DNA of 64,000 bases, taken from positions 1 to 64,000 of the forward strand of contig MEDY01000065.1 of the NCBI GenBank assembly GCA_001724265.1, read 5' to 3'. The translations under genes and the position numbers were made by a program. The notes below the pieces were generated by a model that was not told the origin of the DNA, did no database searches, and saw only the letters and a program-made list of their open reading frames with translations. The number at the start of each line of letters is the position of its first letter. Position 1 is the stretch's first letter. This stretch comes from Rhizaria sp. SCN 62-66. Taxonomy: Eukaryota. Below are positions 60,560 through 64,000 of this stretch, in pieces.

Positions 60560-61355
60560 GTGAGTGAGTGGGTGAGTTAGGGAGAGACTGTGAGCAAGTG
60601 ACCGTGAACATGCAGCGAAACTTAGTTAATCTGGTGAGCAAAGCCTCGTTGGGCCAGAACAATTATCGTGTGTCTGTAACGTCAGGTCATAAAATACAAA
60701 TAGAATATGAATTAACCGTCTGGAATGCATTTTGAAAAAGAAAACAAGACGAAGTCGAGACATACATGGAGTATATTTTGTGTGTAAAAGAGTGATCTGT
60801 TTATTGTTGATTCACTTTGGTCGTTTCAAGCGTGACGCCTCCAATATGACGGCGTTCTAAGACGTTTAACCATGAGAAGAGCAATGTACATTTATATAAT
60901 ACGCGTTTTAGTTTGTGTCATAACAGGGCGTAAGTTGATAAGCTCACCTGTGATAACACGTACGCACAAATGCGGATTACAGCAACTCACGTAGATCCCC
61001 AGGTGCTGATCATAAAAAGAAAAATGAATAGAAAACTGACAATAAAACACAACCTATGATTGTTATGGCAAAAACACACCGAATTTGTCTGTAACATAAT
61101 AAGAATATCAAAAAATGTCTAAGTAACTCGCATTTGTTTGTAACAGATGCGTTTGCATACAATGTTAGCTACGCAAGAAAAAGAAAAAGTAGTCATTGTA
61201 GTAATTGTGATTAATAGGTGGCTCTAAACCAACATGAGTCAATATTAGCGACGAAAACACGACGATGCTGCTTCGTATAAGACGTCTCACGGGATGCAAC
61301 AAAGTCAGTCGTTGTTGCTGTCTCATAGTTCATAGAGCTTATCTTGTCAACATCT

Positions 61356-64000
61356 TCAATTGATGTTGTTGCCGTTGTATCCGTTGTGGCTGTTGCTGAA
61401 GGAACTGCCACCACGAACACCCACAACACCGGTGCCGGCACCCTGGCTCGACCCTTGCCTGCTCAGCGACGGCGACCCTGTTTGCGAGCCGCTGCGGCCG
61501 TTGGCGAAACCGTGACCGCGACCGCTGTTGCTCCCACTGACATTCGCGTTGTTGTTGTTGTTGTTATTGATGTGGTGATTGTTGTGATAGCTATTGCTGT
61601 GGCCGAGGCTAGGGCCGGGTACGGCGCCCACGAGAGAGCTGCGCGACATAACCGCGGACCCCGGCTTCGCACCCAGCGGGCTGCCGCTGTCATTCCGGAT
61701 CCCGCGGTTGTGCCCGAGGCTGCCGCTCGTGTTGTTGTTGGTGAAGCTGCTGCTATAGTTGATCGTGTTGTAGCTGTTGCGGCTCGCTTCAGTTGCAGCA
61801 GCAGCAGCTGCAGCGGCGGCAGCGGCGGCGGAAGATGGCGGCATGTAGCTGCCAGGACTCGCGTAACCGTGGTTGTTATTGTTGATCGCAAACGGTGATT
61901 GCGAGCGGATAATCTGCACAGGCGACTGGCCGCGGTTGAGCGGCGTCTTACCATCCGCGAGCTCCACAGGGCCGTACGCGCGACGCCGGCCAGACAGGCT
62001 TTGAGGGACGCTGCTGTTAAGACTGGTGACGCCGAGGCCGCCACTACCGCTATCGCTATCGTTGTCACCGCCGTAGCCGCCGTAGTCGCCGTTATACGCG
62101 ACCGCGGCGCCAATGCCGACCTGGCTGCCGGCGCTGATGACACTGAAGCTGCCGCTACGGCTGTGGCTACGGCTGCCCTGCTGGCTGTTGCTCCTGCTCA
62201 GAATCATCGCGCCTCCTGCGGCGCCCCCTATGGCGACTGTGACGGGCTCAGTCTTGGTCCCACCGCGTTTGCGCCCGCTCGACGACACAGCGACAACGGC
62301 TGAATCGCGGGAGCGAGTGCTTTTGCTGGCGCCAGCAAGGCGCGCAGCGACTTTGGCCTCCGCGTGCACGGCAGCGGACTTGAGCGAGCGGCAGCGCGTG
62401 CAGAGCAGGCGGTGCGTGAAGAGAATTGAGCCGCCGACCATGAAGGCCGACGCAAAGACGCCGAGCGTGATAAGCCAGAGACGCATGGACTCCTCCACGT
62501 CGTCCGGAATGATCGCGATTGTGTCCAGCGAGAAGATGTAGTGCGCGTCCGAAACCGAGAACGGCTCCGGATCGGGGTCCTTATCGCCAACAACAACGCT
62601 GCCATAGGTGCGCACATGAGCGTATCTAGCGTCATCATTGGTGCTGTACGCGCTGACCGTCTTGTTCGCGTCGCTGGTGCGCGTAGCATCGATCACAGCA
62701 ACACGCGCGCGGCCGCAGGGCTCGGGGCAGCGCGCGCGAATCTGAATCACACCGCTGCCGTCGGCGAGCTCGCTGGCAACTGCGCCCAGCACCGCCAGAT
62801 CGTCTGGCGCGCGCGGAAGCGTCTCGTCGACGTCGGCCGCGGAGCCGTCGCCAGAGCGCAAGTCGGCCGGGATCAGCACGAAGCGCAGCGGGAGCGCTGC
62901 GAGGGAGACTGCGGCGGCGGCGGAGACGGTGGCAGTGGAGGATGCGGAAGGGAACGGGGAGGAGTAGTGCAGAGTGATCAGATATTGGTCAATGTACACA
63001 ATCTTGCCGGGAGTCTTGTCGCCCAAAGCGCCTTCATTAACACTCTCGTTAACACTGTTGTCGTCATTCAGAGTGCTCGGAGCAGCAGCGTTGAGCTTGT
63101 CGTTGTAGATCATCACAATCTCGACTGACGTCACGGTCACACGAGGCACGCGCGCCAGCGCCACCGTCGCCACAGTGGAGCCAGCGGCGTCGTGAAGCGT
63201 CGCCGTCGCCGCGGGCGCAAAGGGCAGCGCGCGGGACAAAAGGGACGGGCGGCACTGCAGCTGTGTGCCTGCGTCTGCACTGAGATGAGCAGCGTTCGCA
63301 GTCACGGTGTGATGCGTGACTGTGACCGTAGTATAGGGCGTCGGCGTGAGCTCTGGCACTGGCGCGATAATAGCGCAAGGCAGACCGTCGATCGCAACCG
63401 CGGAGATTGCATCAAGCCCAGCGCCGTAGAACGTGAGAGGGAACATCTGGTCCTCCTCCTTCTCTGCAGACCGAGACTGTGAGAGCGACAGAGACTGAGA
63501 CTGGGCAGGTGTCGGCGTCGGGGGGACCGTGTCCGGGAAGAGCATCGGAGACTCTGTGCCCGCCACCCACGTGGCGTCACTCGCCGCGCCGATAACTAAC
63601 GGCGCGCCCGTCGCCGCGGACGCAGCGATGGCGGAGCGCGCGTAGGGCGCCGCGACGGGCGCGAGCGCGGCGACGCCGGCAGCCTCGGGCGTGTGGTGCA
63701 GCGCCGAGTGCGAGGAGACGAGCGGGAAACCGGTCGCGGCCCAGTATACGACGATCGGCAGAGTCAGCACGCTGAAGGGCTCCTGGGACGCGGTGAGGCG
63801 TCCTGCGTTCAGAGTGTAAGCTGCGGTCGCGGGGTGGCGAGTGAAGAGTGACGTGAGGTTTTGAGGGACAGTGAGAACAAACACAGCGGTGGCAGCGGCG
63901 TGCGCGTCCGCGTCTTCACTGTAACTTCCACCAGCGCTCAGTTCATCACTGATGTTAGAGGAAGAAAACGTAGACTGTTTGAGCGTTTGACGGTCGAGAG
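61356..64000 (-). CDS. Single-pass membrane protein with beta-rich (IPT/TIG-like) ectodomain and Ser/Gly/Asn-rich cytoplasmic tail; 5' end lies outside the window
   Basis: Frame is open to the window edge. LTFYGAGLDAISAVAIDGLPC...TQLQC is TIG-like; transmembrane segment LWLITLGVFASAFMVGGSILF. Stop TGA. Confidence 0.7.
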   Translation of the reverse strand, partial: LDRQTLKQSTFSSSNISDELSAGGSYSEDADAHAAATAVFVLTVPQNLTSLFTRHPATAAYTLNAGRLTASQEPFSVLTLPIVVYWAATGFPLVSSHSALHHTPEAAGVAALAPVAAPYARSAIAASAATGAPLVIGAASDATWVAGTESPMLFPDTVPPTPTPAQSQSLSLSQSRSAEKEEDQMFPLTFYGAGLDAISAVAIDGLPCAIIAPVPELTPTPYTTVTVTHHTVTANAAHLSADAGTQLQCRPSLLSRALPFAPAATATLHDAAGSTVATVALARVPRVTVTSVEIVMIYNDKLNAAAPSTLNDDNSVNESVNEGALGDKTPGKIVYIDQYLITLHYSSPFPSASSTATVSAAAAVSLAALPLRFVLIPADLRSGDGSAADVDETLPRAPDDLAVLGAVASELADGSGVIQIRARCPEPCGRARVAVIDATRTSDANKTVSAYSTNDDARYAHVRTYGSVVVGDKDPDPEPFSVSDAHYIFSLDTIAIIPDDVEESMRLWLITLGVFASAFMVGGSILFTHRLLCTRCRSLKSAAVHAEAKVAARLAGASKSTRSRDSAVVAVSSSGRKRGGTKTEPVTVAIGGAAGGAMILSRSNSQQGSRSHSRSGSFSVISAGSQVGIGAAVAYNGDYGGYGGDNDSDSGSGGLGVTSLNSSVPQSLSGRRRAYGPVELADGKTPLNRGQSPVQIIRSQSPFAINNNNHGYASPGSYMPPSSAAAAAAAAAAAATEASRNSYNTINYSSSFTNNNTSGSLGHNRGIRNDSGSPLGAKPGSAVMSRSSLVGAVPGPSLGHSNSYHNNHHINNNNNNNANVSGSNSGRGHGFANGRSGSQTGSPSLSRQGSSQGAGTGVVGVRGGSSFSNSHNGYNGNNIN

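Overview
Gene-dense nuclear DNA of a flagellated, GC-rich microbial eukaryote (protist; lineage not determinable from this window alone). It holds about 19 protein genes with GC3-rich, low-complexity-expanded exons and short pyrimidine-rich GT-AG introns: Nup214/Nup159, METAP2, ATG8, a degenerate DH-PH protein, importin-4, a KA1-like protein, a secreted Cys-rich protein, an M14 carboxypeptidase, CFAP44, two unknowns, TMEM135, ATG12, a HAL-domain-fused HisRS, an AFG2B-like AAA ATPase, PIG-F, a Tctex light chain, an Elongin-B-like protein and a single-pass membrane protein. The main finding is a probable non-standard nuclear genetic code. Four in-frame TAG codons sit inside two otherwise frameshift-free genes, while none of the 17 genes with a clear end stops on TAG (10 TAA, 7 TGA). 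Other notable signals are two intron-embedded structured RNA candidates (METAP2, ATG8), a strict GTAYG splice-donor consensus with no +4A, and competing 'CAG|ATGTC' acceptors upstream of the KA1-like gene. All exon models and base-pairings were read by eye, not computed.
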